Assembly (NCBI GenBank): GCA_964496765.1
Contig: CAZCAP010000004.1
Span: 22,956 to 54,955 of the forward strand
Source of the DNA: an uncultured archaeon
GTDB taxonomy: Archaea > Iainarchaeota > Iainarchaeia > Iainarchaeales > CSSED10-239
DNA: 32,000 bases
Direction of reading: 5' to 3'
Below the pieces are notes generated by a model. It saw only the letters and a program-made list of their open reading frames with translations, was not told where the DNA came from and did no database searches. Shown here in pieces: positions 24,185 to 32,000 of this stretch. Each line of letters opens with the position of its first letter. Positions within the stretch are counted from its first letter, which is position 1. The position numbers and the translations under genes are program-made.

Positions 24185-24433
24185 CTATTCTTTTTCAACA
24201 CTTACTTTTGATTTAGGTGTTTTTAAAACAACTGGCTTAACCTTATTTAATTGATTTGATTTGGTTAATAATCTTGCAATCTCTTTTTTAAGTTGTTTCT
24301 TCTTTGCTGTATTATTTGATTTGGTTTTTGAAGCAAGCATACCTTTAAATTTTGCAAGTTCAATTTTAAGTTCAGATACCTTTTGATTAATCGCGGTAGC
24401 TGTATTTAATTCCACTTTTCTTTTTTTAACCAT
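24185..24433 (-). CDS. rpl29: 50S ribosomal protein L29 (uL29)
   Basis: Helical, ...KVSELKIELAKFKGMLAS... Conserved position after S3. Confidence 0.85.
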   Translation of the reverse strand: MVKKRKVELNTATAINQKVSELKIELAKFKGMLASKTKSNNTAKKKQLKKEIARLLTKSNQLNKVKPVVLKTPKSKVSVEKE

Positions 24434-24450
24434 ATAAGAACCACATTTAT

Positions 24451-25377
24451 TTATTCTTCAATTTTCACTAGTTTTTCTTCTTTTATTTCAATAGTTTCAG
24501 TTTCTTCGTTTTTTGCATCAGCAACATCTTGTTTTTCAGGAGCAGCAATCTCAGTTACTTTCTTTTTAGAAACCTTTTTTTCAGCAACCTTATCTTTTTT
24601 AACTATGTTGGTTTTGGTTTCTTCTTTTGAAACTATTTTTTTTGTTTTTTTAACGATTTTTACTTTTGAGTCTTCTTTTTCCTCAATAGTAACATCTTCT
24701 TTATTTGTTTTTTCTACATTTTCTATTTTTTCTTTTCTTTTTTCTAAAATTTCTTCTTCTAGTTTAATTTTAAACTCTGTTGCTAATTTTTTAACATCAA
24801 CCTTATCACTAAATAGAATATCTGGTGTAACTATTCTAAGTGTAATTCCTATTGTTCCAAGTCCAGGAAATGTGGTTTTTTTTTCACAAAGAACTAAATT
24901 TTTTTGATCTCCTGCTTTTTTCATATATCCAAAAAAGAATCTAGATTTTCTTTTTCTTTGTCCCTTACCACTTGTGTTTCCTTTTGCTATGATTTCAGCA
25001 CCAATTGCACCCGCTTCTTTAATTCCCTTAAGTGCATTATAAACAACTGTTTTCCAAGCAATTCCTCTTCCTATTTGGTTTTGTATGGATTCCATAATTA
25101 CTTTTGCATCAAGATTTCTATTTAAAATTTCCCCAATTTCTATATGTATCTTACTTAACCCAAATTGATTTTCAAGATCATCAGTAAGTCCTCTAATATT
25201 AGACCCTTTCTTTCCAATAATGAAACCAGGTTTCAGCGCATAAATAACTATCCTTGTGTATAGTGATGTTTTCATAACCTCCACATCAACAAAGCCTGCG
25301 CCCTTAAGTCTTTTCTTTAGAAAATTTGATATAGCTATCTTTTTCAGCTTATCCTTAATAAAAATATTTTCTTTCAA
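24451..25377 (-). CDS. rps3: 30S ribosomal protein S3 (uS3) with a ~110-aa K/E-rich C-terminal extension
   Basis: KH domain (VIYALKPGFIIGKKGSNIRGL). TTG start at 25377 with GGAGGA SD 7 nt upstream, inside the rpl22 3' end. Confidence 0.92.
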   Translation of the reverse strand: MKENIFIKDKLKKIAISNFLKKRLKGAGFVDVEVMKTSLYTRIVIYALKPGFIIGKKGSNIRGLTDDLENQFGLSKIHIEIGEILNRNLDAKVIMESIQNQIGRGIAWKTVVYNALKGIKEAGAIGAEIIAKGNTSGKGQRKRKSRFFFGYMKKAGDQKNLVLCEKKTTFPGLGTIGITLRIVTPDILFSDKVDVKKLATEFKIKLEEEILEKRKEKIENVEKTNKEDVTIEEKEDSKVKIVKKTKKIVSKEETKTNIVKKDKVAEKKVSKKKVTEIAAPEKQDVADAKNEETETIEIKEEKLVKIEE

Positions 25378-25380
25378 GAT

Positions 25381-25848
25381 TTATTCCTCCAAAACAATAA
25401 CTTCTATGTTTGTGGATTTACTTTTTCTGTTTTTTCCGGAAATTCTACCAAGAGGTTGCATTTTGCTTCTTTGTACACCCTTGGTTGCAAACATATGTAT
25501 TATTCTTAATTTCTCTGCATCTAAATTTTTGTTTTCTGCGTTTGCTTTAACCTCTTCTAAAAGCTTCTTAATTTCAAAAGCTGCCTTAACTGGAAATCTA
25601 CCAGCTGGGGTTCCACGCTTAACATCCCCTTTTCTATGTGGCACTTTCTTTCTAAATCTAACAAGTGGGAGGTGTTCTTTCATATCAACAATATTTGATG
25701 CTATGATAATTGCTCTATCCAGTTTTTTGCCCATAAAGTAATTTGAAAATTCAATACTATATTTACTTGAAATTGGTAAATTTACTCTTTGGGATTTTGC
25801 TGATCTCTTTGGATCAATTGGTTTCTGATAATTAAAATTATGAACCAT
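25381..25848 (-). CDS. rpl22: 50S ribosomal protein L22 (uL22)
   Basis: DPKRSAKSQRVNLPISSKYSIEFSNYFMGKKLDRA. GTGAT SD. Confidence 0.92.
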   Translation of the reverse strand: MVHNFNYQKPIDPKRSAKSQRVNLPISSKYSIEFSNYFMGKKLDRAIIIASNIVDMKEHLPLVRFRKKVPHRKGDVKRGTPAGRFPVKAAFEIKKLLEEVKANAENKNLDAEKLRIIHMFATKGVQRSKMQPLGRISGKNRKSKSTNIEVIVLEE

Positions 25849-25857
25849 ATTATCACT

Positions 25858-26241
25858 TTACTTTCTCTCGCTTATTGCTGTACTTGATTTTGTTGCACCA
25901 ATACCAGCTTTACCGTGTCTTACTCTTTTTCTTGTGAATGCAAATTCACCTAAATAATGTCCAAGCATTTCTATTTGAATATCCACAGGAACAAATTCCT
26001 TACCATTATAAACTTGTATTTTCTTCCCAACCATTTTTGGAATTACAATTGAATCTCTTCTATGAGTTCTTATGTTTGTATCCATTTTTCTTTGGGTTTC
26101 AAATCTTTGATAGAACTGGGAATTACCATCTCTTAAAAGTGTTCTTCTTGCTCTTGATGTGGTAATTTGAGCAAAATCTCTTAGAGACATTTTTTTCAAT
26201 TCTTCAAGTGTTTTTCCTTTATAGTTAATTTCAGAATCCAT
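25858..26241 (-). CDS. rps19: 30S ribosomal protein S19 (uS19)
   Basis: IRTHRRDSIVIPKMVGKKIQVYNGKEFVPV.I...MLGHYLGEFA.TR. Confidence 0.93.
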   Translation of the reverse strand: MDSEINYKGKTLEELKKMSLRDFAQITTSRARRTLLRDGNSQFYQRFETQRKMDTNIRTHRRDSIVIPKMVGKKIQVYNGKEFVPVDIQIEMLGHYLGEFAFTRKRVRHGKAGIGATKSSTAISERK

Positions 26242-26289
26242 TTTAATTTCACGTTTTTTATTTATATAAATATTAAAAAAGAAGAAATA

Positions 26290-26994
26290 TCACTTCTTCT
26301 TTCTTCCACTCCTACTTGCTGCAATTGAACCAACCTTTCTTCCAGCAGGATCATGCCTTGATGTTGATTTTGAGTGACCTACGTGATGCTGAGATCCACC
26401 AAAAGGATGATCAACAGCATTCATTGCAACACCTCTTACTCTTGGGTAAGGTTTACCTTTTGCCTTCATTGCATGGAATTTATTACCCGCAGTTACAAAT
26501 GGTTTATTTGTTCTACCACTTGATGCAGTAAAACCAATTGTTGCACGTGCGTTTAATGGGAATGATTTTATTTTACCTGATGGCAATTTCACTAGCACAT
26601 TATCTTTCTTTGATACTAGTGTAGCATATTGCCCACTTGCTCTTGCAAATTTCCCACCATCTCCAAAAGTTTTTTCAATATTAAATATTTTTGTTCCAGC
26701 ATCTACATCTCCTAAAAACAAAACATTACCAACTTTTTGTATTGCTCCCTTTCCAAATTCAATTTTTTGTCCAGAAATCAATCCATCTGCACAAATTAAG
26801 TTTGTTTTAGTTCCATTTTCTAAAAGGATTTCAACAAGTGGAGCAGATCTTATTGGATCAGTAAACATATTAATAACCTGTCCAACAATCTTATCAGTAA
26901 ATAATTCATAATTAACATCGCATTTTGAATGTATTGTTGCTTTATATTTTGGAGAACCTTTTCCTCTTCTCTGTAATTTAAGTCTTCTACCCAT
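26290..26994 (-). CDS. rpl2: 50S ribosomal protein L2 (uL2)
   Basis: GVAMNAVDHPFGGSQHHVG. Confidence 0.94.
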   Translation of the reverse strand: MGRRLKLQRRGKGSPKYKATIHSKCDVNYELFTDKIVGQVINMFTDPIRSAPLVEILLENGTKTNLICADGLISGQKIEFGKGAIQKVGNVLFLGDVDAGTKIFNIEKTFGDGGKFARASGQYATLVSKKDNVLVKLPSGKIKSFPLNARATIGFTASSGRTNKPFVTAGNKFHAMKAKGKPYPRVRGVAMNAVDHPFGGSQHHVGHSKSTSRHDPAGRKVGSIAASRSGRKKK

Positions 26995-27011
26995 ATCCTA
27001 TCAACTTTAAT

Positions 27012-27332
27012 TTATATAATACCAAGCTTGTTTGCAACTTCCTGTGCATTACTTGTTTTTGCAAGAGTAACAAATGCTTTTTTTCTATTTTTCATATCAA
27101 ATAACACATTCACTTTTGAAACCTTAACATTATACATTTTTTCTGTAGCTTCTTTTATTTGTACTTTTGTTGCTTTATTTGCAACTATAAAGGTTAAACG
27201 ATTTTCTTTTGTTATTAAATCAACTGCTTTTTCAGTAATTACAGGATATTCAATTATTTCATAATATTCTGTTTTTTTAACAGGTTTAATAGTTTTGAAT
27301 TTTTTTTGCTTAATTTTTATATTTTTAGCCAT
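27012..27332 (-). CDS. rpl23: 50S ribosomal protein L23 (uL23)
   Basis: YPVITEKAVDLITKENRLTFIV...ATK.QIKEA.EKMY.VKV..VN. GGTGA SD. Confidence 0.92.
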   Translation of the reverse strand: MAKNIKIKQKKFKTIKPVKKTEYYEIIEYPVITEKAVDLITKENRLTFIVANKATKVQIKEATEKMYNVKVSKVNVLFDMKNRKKAFVTLAKTSNAQEVANKLGII

Positions 27333-27343
27333 ATGTGTTTCAC

Positions 27344-28153
27344 CTAACTAAACCTTTCTTGAAGCTTATTAATTGCATCCTCTGAGAAGATAGTTAGTCT
27401 ACCAGCGTGTGTTCCTGGAGCAAGCTCCTTAACAGAAACAAACTTTGCACTAGTAACATCTACTCCTTCAAGGTTAGTAAATGCTTTATAATTCTTAGAA
27501 TCACCAAGGATGAAAAGAATACTTTTTCTTTTCTTATATCTTCTTCCTCTCATCTTTCCTTTACCAGCTCTTTCTGTTTTTGCTTCTTTTGCTTTCTCAA
27601 TATTCTCAGAAAGACCAATTTTTTCAAGGAATGAATAAACATCTTTTGTTTTTTCTAGGTTTTCTATATTTTTTTCAATAATTATAGGAAGTTTAATTCC
27701 TTCTGGAATCTTACTACCTCTAGTAATTACTAGAGCAGGATTTGCTGTTGCTCCAATAGCTGAAAGAATAGCTTTTGTTCTTTCCTTTGAATTTATTTTT
27801 TTAATAAGTATTTTTGCAATCTTAGGTGGATGTGCAGAAGGACCTCCAACAGCGTGTGATACACCAGCAACACGACCAGCCATTAGTACTCTTCTATTTT
27901 TAAGTCTTGGGAGTCTTGCGTGTCCAGTGTTAATACTTTTATTCATTGGAGAACCATATTTTCTTGAACCATTATAATAAGCTGTGTTAAGTCTGTTTGA
28001 GTATGGAGAAACGCCTTTTGGTTGGTAATCCTTACTCTGACTAGAGATTACAGCCTTTTTAATTAGGTCAGGTCTATAAGATTCTTCAAAGAAGTTTGGG
28101 ATTTCTATTTCCTTTACAACTTTCCCTTCAAGATTATAAACATTTGTTTTCAT
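27344..28153 (-). CDS. rpl4: 50S ribosomal protein L4 (uL4)
   Basis: Canonical position. GHARLPRLKN...AGRVAGVSHAVGG. Confidence 0.92.
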   Translation of the reverse strand: MKTNVYNLEGKVVKEIEIPNFFEESYRPDLIKKAVISSQSKDYQPKGVSPYSNRLNTAYYNGSRKYGSPMNKSINTGHARLPRLKNRRVLMAGRVAGVSHAVGGPSAHPPKIAKILIKKINSKERTKAILSAIGATANPALVITRGSKIPEGIKLPIIIEKNIENLEKTKDVYSFLEKIGLSENIEKAKEAKTERAGKGKMRGRRYKKRKSILFILGDSKNYKAFTNLEGVDVTSAKFVSVKELAPGTHAGRLTIFSEDAINKLQERFS

Positions 28154-28179
28154 GTTAATTCCTACTTATTAAATTTAAA

Positions 28180-29166
28180 TTATCTCGCAATGTAGCTTAC
28201 ATCAACTACTTCTGTCATTTTTCTTGTGGGTCTTATTGCGTTTCTTAGAGCCACAATTCTTTTAGCTGGACCAGGAATAGTTCCTGCAACAAGTACACAA
28301 CTATTCTTAACTACACCATAGTTTCCAAATCCACCTTTTCTATTAACCTTTGTTGGATCTGTTTCTATAGAAATAAGTTTTTTATTAAATGTTGTTCTAT
28401 TATGGAATCCATGTTGACCTGCTCTTGCAACTGTGAACATTACGGTTGCAGGATGCCATGGGCCAATTGAACCAACATGTCTTTGGTGTTGCTGGCATTT
28501 TGGTCTTTGTACTTTAATACCAAATCTTTTTACAGGACCAGTAAAGCCATGTCCTTTTGTAATTGATTTAACATCAAGATAGGTATCTGGTTTAGTCATT
28601 TCACTAATTAATATTGATTTGTTAAATTTATCTTTAAAATAGTTTATTTTTTCTTCAAATGTTCCTGATAAGATGATTTCAAAAACAACTGGCTTCTTTT
28701 GACCTGTTGTAGTTGCCTTTAAATCAAGTGCACATAATAGAACTAGATCATCAGCTTCATCTTTCTTTTTTAATAGATCATCAACAGGATTTGATTTGTC
28801 TTTAGACTTATTACCTGTTATTCTTTTAGAAAGAAGGTGATCGCGAACTAAAAATTCATAAATTGATTTTTTTCCAGAAATAGAAGAATTTGATTTATAT
28901 AATCTTGCTCCAATAACCTTGAGGCTTGGAGTTTCAATAATAGAAACAGGAACAGCAACTTCTTGACCATAGCTGGAGGAGTTCTTATGAGCGTCCTTGG
29001 CTATTATATGGGTCATTCCAACCTTTACACCATAATAACAAAGTAGTTTACATTCCTTTTGATCAGAGAAGTCTCCAAATGTATTAAACTTTGGGACAAT
29101 GCTTTTTGCTTTTACTCTTGGGTAAAACGCCATTGAACCATTTCTTGGTTTTGTTCCGCTTGCCAT
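28180..29166 (-). CDS. rpl3: 50S ribosomal protein L3 (uL3), first gene of the operon
   Basis: PRNGSMAFYPRVKA...GVKVGMTHI...TKGHGFTGPVKRFG. Preceded by a 375-bp non-coding region. Confidence 0.93.
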   Translation of the reverse strand: MASGTKPRNGSMAFYPRVKAKSIVPKFNTFGDFSDQKECKLLCYYGVKVGMTHIIAKDAHKNSSSYGQEVAVPVSIIETPSLKVIGARLYKSNSSISGKKSIYEFLVRDHLLSKRITGNKSKDKSNPVDDLLKKKDEADDLVLLCALDLKATTTGQKKPVVFEIILSGTFEEKINYFKDKFNKSILISEMTKPDTYLDVKSITKGHGFTGPVKRFGIKVQRPKCQQHQRHVGSIGPWHPATVMFTVARAGQHGFHNRTTFNKKLISIETDPTKVNRKGGFGNYGVVKNSCVLVAGTIPGPAKRIVALRNAIRPTRKMTEVVDVSYIAR

Positions 29167-29531
29167 AAATTACACACTTTTTTATTTTTAATTTTTGGGA
29201 CTAATAGCACAAATCACTATAATCCAAAAAACAATCCTATTTTTGTTTTTTAAAAAAACATATAACACAACTGCTTTGTATTTATATGTTAACCAATTTT
29301 TTATAAAATGGTTAATACTGTACGACTGTTAACATGCAGTGTACAAAGCTTAAATATTTTTAAATTATATAATAATTGTTCGGAAATATTTATAAATGGT
29401 TTGTTTTTTTCCTCATAACCCTGGACAAAAAACGTATTAAAAATATATAACTCCTACTTTTTTGCTTTAATTCTAAAAAGAAGGCAGCTAAATACTCATT
29501 TTCAATTTTTAACGTAAATTTAACGACTACT

Positions 29532-29537
29532 AAAAAA
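29532..29537 (-). terminator. T6 tract 4 nt after the stop of the surface-protein gene
   Basis: Minus strand reads TAG-AAAATTTTTTAG. Confidence 0.3.
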
Positions 29538-29541
29538 TTTT

Positions 29542-32000
29542 CTAAACCCTTCTGTATCTTGATCTCCTTATCAAATATCCAGCAATAGCTATAATTAAAA
29601 TTATTAAAACCATTAATCCAATTGTTCCTGAAACAGTAGTAAATGTAAAGAATGCAGTTAATCCTTTTCTTTTATTATCATCTGCAGAATAGGTTGCAAG
29701 ATCACTTTCAATTAATTTTTGTGATTGTTGATCAATAACATCAAAGGCAATTGAATCGTTATCTTCTAGTTTATTCTTTGTAACAATTTTGTATTCTATG
29801 GTTTTACTTTCATCACCATTAATTGTAAATAATTTATTTCCATCAATAACTGTATTTTCATCAACCTTGAAAACAATTTCAAGATCTTTTGCAACAGAGC
29901 TATTATTCTTTAATGTAATTTTAAGATTATATGCGTTCTCAAAATCATTTATCATCATCAAACTATTTCCAATAATTTGAACATCAGAAAGAATTGGTGT
30001 TAAATCAACAGTTACTTGGCTCTTTGAAAGTAATGTATTTGATTCGTATAATTCAAAATATCCATTATATTTAGTCTTTATTGCATCTTCAGGAATAACA
30101 ATTCCAAAATATATTGTTTTGGTTTGGTTACTTCCTATTAAGTATCTGTCTGTGCTTCTTGTTTGATTATCAACTAGATCAACGTTAATCAAACTATCGC
30201 TTTCATAAATCTTCCAGGTATCTGGAAGTCCAGCAAGCTTAATAACAATGTTTTTTTCTGTGTTATAGGTGTTTAGTACAGATACATTTGTTAAAGTTCT
30301 TGTTTTTTCAGGGGTGATCACAGCAGGATAGGAGGTAAGCATTATTTTCATGTCTGGAGACACTGAAGGGTTTAATTTAGTGATGTAGGTCTTATCTTCG
30401 CATCCATTTAATTTAACTGTATAAGCCACATAGGTGGGATTATTGAAATTAGTAAGAGCTAAAGTTCTTGTGAAATCATCATACCCTTCAAGATAGATAA
30501 CAGGGGTATCAACAACTGCACCATAGGTAGATATATCTATAGTACCACCGTTCAATGATTTATTATTAAATGCTAAATATATTGATTCGCGTGCATTTGA
30601 TATATTTTGAGTTGCAGGGTAATTTATTTCAAAATCACAATTACTTGCTTGAAAATTAATGTTATCTCTTGTGGTTATTGTTCCTTCTGTTGTTCTTGTG
30701 TAATCACAGCTGTCTCCATCAACAAACTTACCAGCAACATATAAATCAGCAGAGCCTTCTCCGGTTACTCCAACTCTAACATATTTAATTGAGTTTGGTT
30801 TTATTGTTGCAGTCTTATCAATAACATTAACATTAAGTCCATTCTTATTTAGAACAAGCACATTATTTAATCCAAACTCCTTATTTGTATTGTTTTTAAT
30901 TGTAATATTATTTGTGCCAGCAACTACTTTTTGACCTTGAACTATGATATTTGAACACATGTCTGATGAATCTAGATTATTTATTGTGAAATCAGATTTT
31001 ATATCTGAATAGCTACAACTAATCCCGTTATTAAATCTACCAACTAAGGATATTCTTGCTTTTGATGAAATTGTTGTTGTTACAGGTAAGGTCTTAAGAT
31101 TAAAATTTATAGATGTTTGTGAACTTGGATTAACTACGTAGCTCATTGTATTTTTTACAACATCAGAAAAGCTAGAGTTATCAGAGATGCTTATGTCACT
31201 TATATTAAACTTACTTCCTGATCTATTTAATACATAAAATCCATTTGCAGTCGTATAATCCTCAGTAGTATTTTCTTTTTGGGAGATATTAGAAGTAAAT
31301 ATTTGGATTTGTGAACACTCACTAGAACTATTATTTGAAGTATTGTTTATTCTTACTGAAAGATCAACTACTTTTTTACAATGTTTATCTTCACGACCTG
31401 ATCTTTTCATACAACCATCAACAGTAAGCTTTATTTCTTCAGTAATGTAATTACTAACCTCATCAGTATCTAATCTTAGTCTTATTTTCCCAGAACTATC
31501 GCTTTTAACTGATGATGGATCATAGGTTACATCTGCACTAATATGATCAGAATCTTTAACACTAGTTTTTTCAATAACATAATCATAGTCATTTGAATGA
31601 TTTTCAATAGTTATCTCTTTTGTTTCTGTATCATCCTCATTCATTGTTAGATTTATATTTTTAAAATAAATGTCTGAACAATCTGCATTGCTTGAATTTT
31701 CTCCATCTTCTATATGATAGTATACAGTATATTGTTTTGTGCAGGTTAGGTTATCATATCTTGCATTAACTGTAACATCAAATGAACCTGAATAATCAGA
31801 ATCAATAGTGTCTGCTGTCATATCAATATTTGCGGATCTAGTTCCATAGCTTCCTATGGTATATGGATAATCAATGTTATCTATATCTAAATTAGTTGGG
31901 TTTGTTGTTGTTACTGAAGTGATTGTTAACTCCTTGTCAACTGTATTAATCATATATAAGTAGTAATTATAGGAATCATCTTCCTGTAAATAAATATCTT
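29542..32000 (-). CDS. Large modular cell-surface protein, C-terminal TM anchor, 5'-truncated by the window edge
   Basis: The frame stays open from 31954 to 32000 (...DIYLQEDDSYNYYLY-MINTV...), so the true start lies outside the window. N/T/S/D-rich. About 120-aa Cys-bracketed modules. C-terminal hydrophobic helix (GTIGLMVLIILIIAIAGYLI) followed by RRSRYRRV. Confidence 0.8.
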   Translation of the reverse strand, partial: DIYLQEDDSYNYYLYMINTVDKELTITSVTTTNPTNLDIDNIDYPYTIGSYGTRSANIDMTADTIDSDYSGSFDVTVNARYDNLTCTKQYTVYYHIEDGENSSNADCSDIYFKNINLTMNEDDTETKEITIENHSNDYDYVIEKTSVKDSDHISADVTYDPSSVKSDSSGKIRLRLDTDEVSNYITEEIKLTVDGCMKRSGREDKHCKKVVDLSVRINNTSNNSSSECSQIQIFTSNISQKENTTEDYTTANGFYVLNRSGSKFNISDISISDNSSFSDVVKNTMSYVVNPSSQTSINFNLKTLPVTTTISSKARISLVGRFNNGISCSYSDIKSDFTINNLDSSDMCSNIIVQGQKVVAGTNNITIKNNTNKEFGLNNVLVLNKNGLNVNVIDKTATIKPNSIKYVRVGVTGEGSADLYVAGKFVDGDSCDYTRTTEGTITTRDNINFQASNCDFEINYPATQNISNARESIYLAFNNKSLNGGTIDISTYGAVVDTPVIYLEGYDDFTRTLALTNFNNPTYVAYTVKLNGCEDKTYITKLNPSVSPDMKIMLTSYPAVITPEKTRTLTNVSVLNTYNTEKNIVIKLAGLPDTWKIYESDSLINVDLVDNQTRSTDRYLIGSNQTKTIYFGIVIPEDAIKTKYNGYFELYESNTLLSKSQVTVDLTPILSDVQIIGNSLMMINDFENAYNLKITLKNNSSVAKDLEIVFKVDENTVIDGNKLFTINGDESKTIEYKIVTKNKLEDNDSIAFDVIDQQSQKLIESDLATYSADDNKRKGLTAFFTFTTVSGTIGLMVLIILIIAIAGYLIRRSRYRRV

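Noticed and set aside
2196-29980. All other plus-strand or alternative-frame track ORFs (2196, 2653, 5034, 6216, 6871 minus alt frame, 7665, 10185, 13275, 13779, 15176, 16179, 17099, 17476, 17851, 19400, 20065 minus alt frame, 21374, 21781, 23311, 23364, 24605, 24904, 25256, 25938, 26316, 27028, 27407, 29789)
   Set aside because: Each lies entirely within a well-supported minus-strand gene. They have F/L/S/I-rich antisense-of-AT-rich-gene composition, no recognisable family motif and no SD.
181-32000. Mobile element, prophage, defence island or toxin-antitoxin reading of the PIN gene (3467-3874)
   Set aside because: There is no integrase, transposase, terminal inverted repeat, cas, restriction or antitoxin partner. 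The PIN gene occupies the conserved archaeal position next to aIF2-gamma (Fcf1/Utp24-like rRNA-processing homologue), not a VapBC pair.

Overview
AT-rich (roughly 30% GC by eye) archaeal DNA. Every gene I can support is on the minus strand. Positions 1374-29166 form one almost gap-free information-processing super-operon of 52 CDS (37 ribosomal proteins) plus one embedded tRNA-Leu(UAA). In transcription order it runs L3-L4-L23-L2-S19-L22-S3-L29-aIF1-Rpp29-S17-L14-L24-S4e-L5-S14-S8-L6-L32e-L19e-L18-S5-L30-L15-SecY-DUF106-L34e-L14e-S13-S4-S11-Rpo3-tRNALeu-L18e-L13-S9-Rpo10-S2-TrmB-L7Ae-microORF-S28e-L24e-aIF5B-S6e-smallORF-aIF2gamma-PIN-RpiB-Rpo7-Spt4-S24e-S27ae. A CPBP protease and an orphan ThrRS-like anticodon-binding-domain protein follow at the left edge. 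Upstream at the right edge is a large cysteine-bracketed, sequon-rich, C-terminally anchored surface protein that is truncated by the window. The metabolic genes that usually sit in these archaeal clusters (adk, cmk, ndk, eno) and rpoK are absent. Together with the AT bias and short genes, this suggests a reduced, DPANN-like archaeon; that is inference only. I found no transposase, integrase, CRISPR array, rRNA or recognisable defence system. The unusual signals are: (1) near-perfect in-frame tandem DNA repeats that add K/E/P-rich tails to L7Ae (51-bp unit) and S24e (15-bp unit); (2) a repeat-only 58-codon micro-ORF between rpl7ae and rps28e, created by a ~200-bp junction duplication; (3) a candidate K-turn hairpin in the rpl7ae leader whose 3' arm is the Shine-Dalgarno sequence; (4) three conserved-position small ORFs below the 60-aa track cut-off; (5) palindromic candidate operators near the embedded TrmB regulator and in the 375-bp leader of the L3 operon; (6) the modular surface protein. 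Several ORF-track starts are GTG or TTG codons lying inside GGTGA-type Shine-Dalgarno sites, and I re-set those to the downstream ATG.
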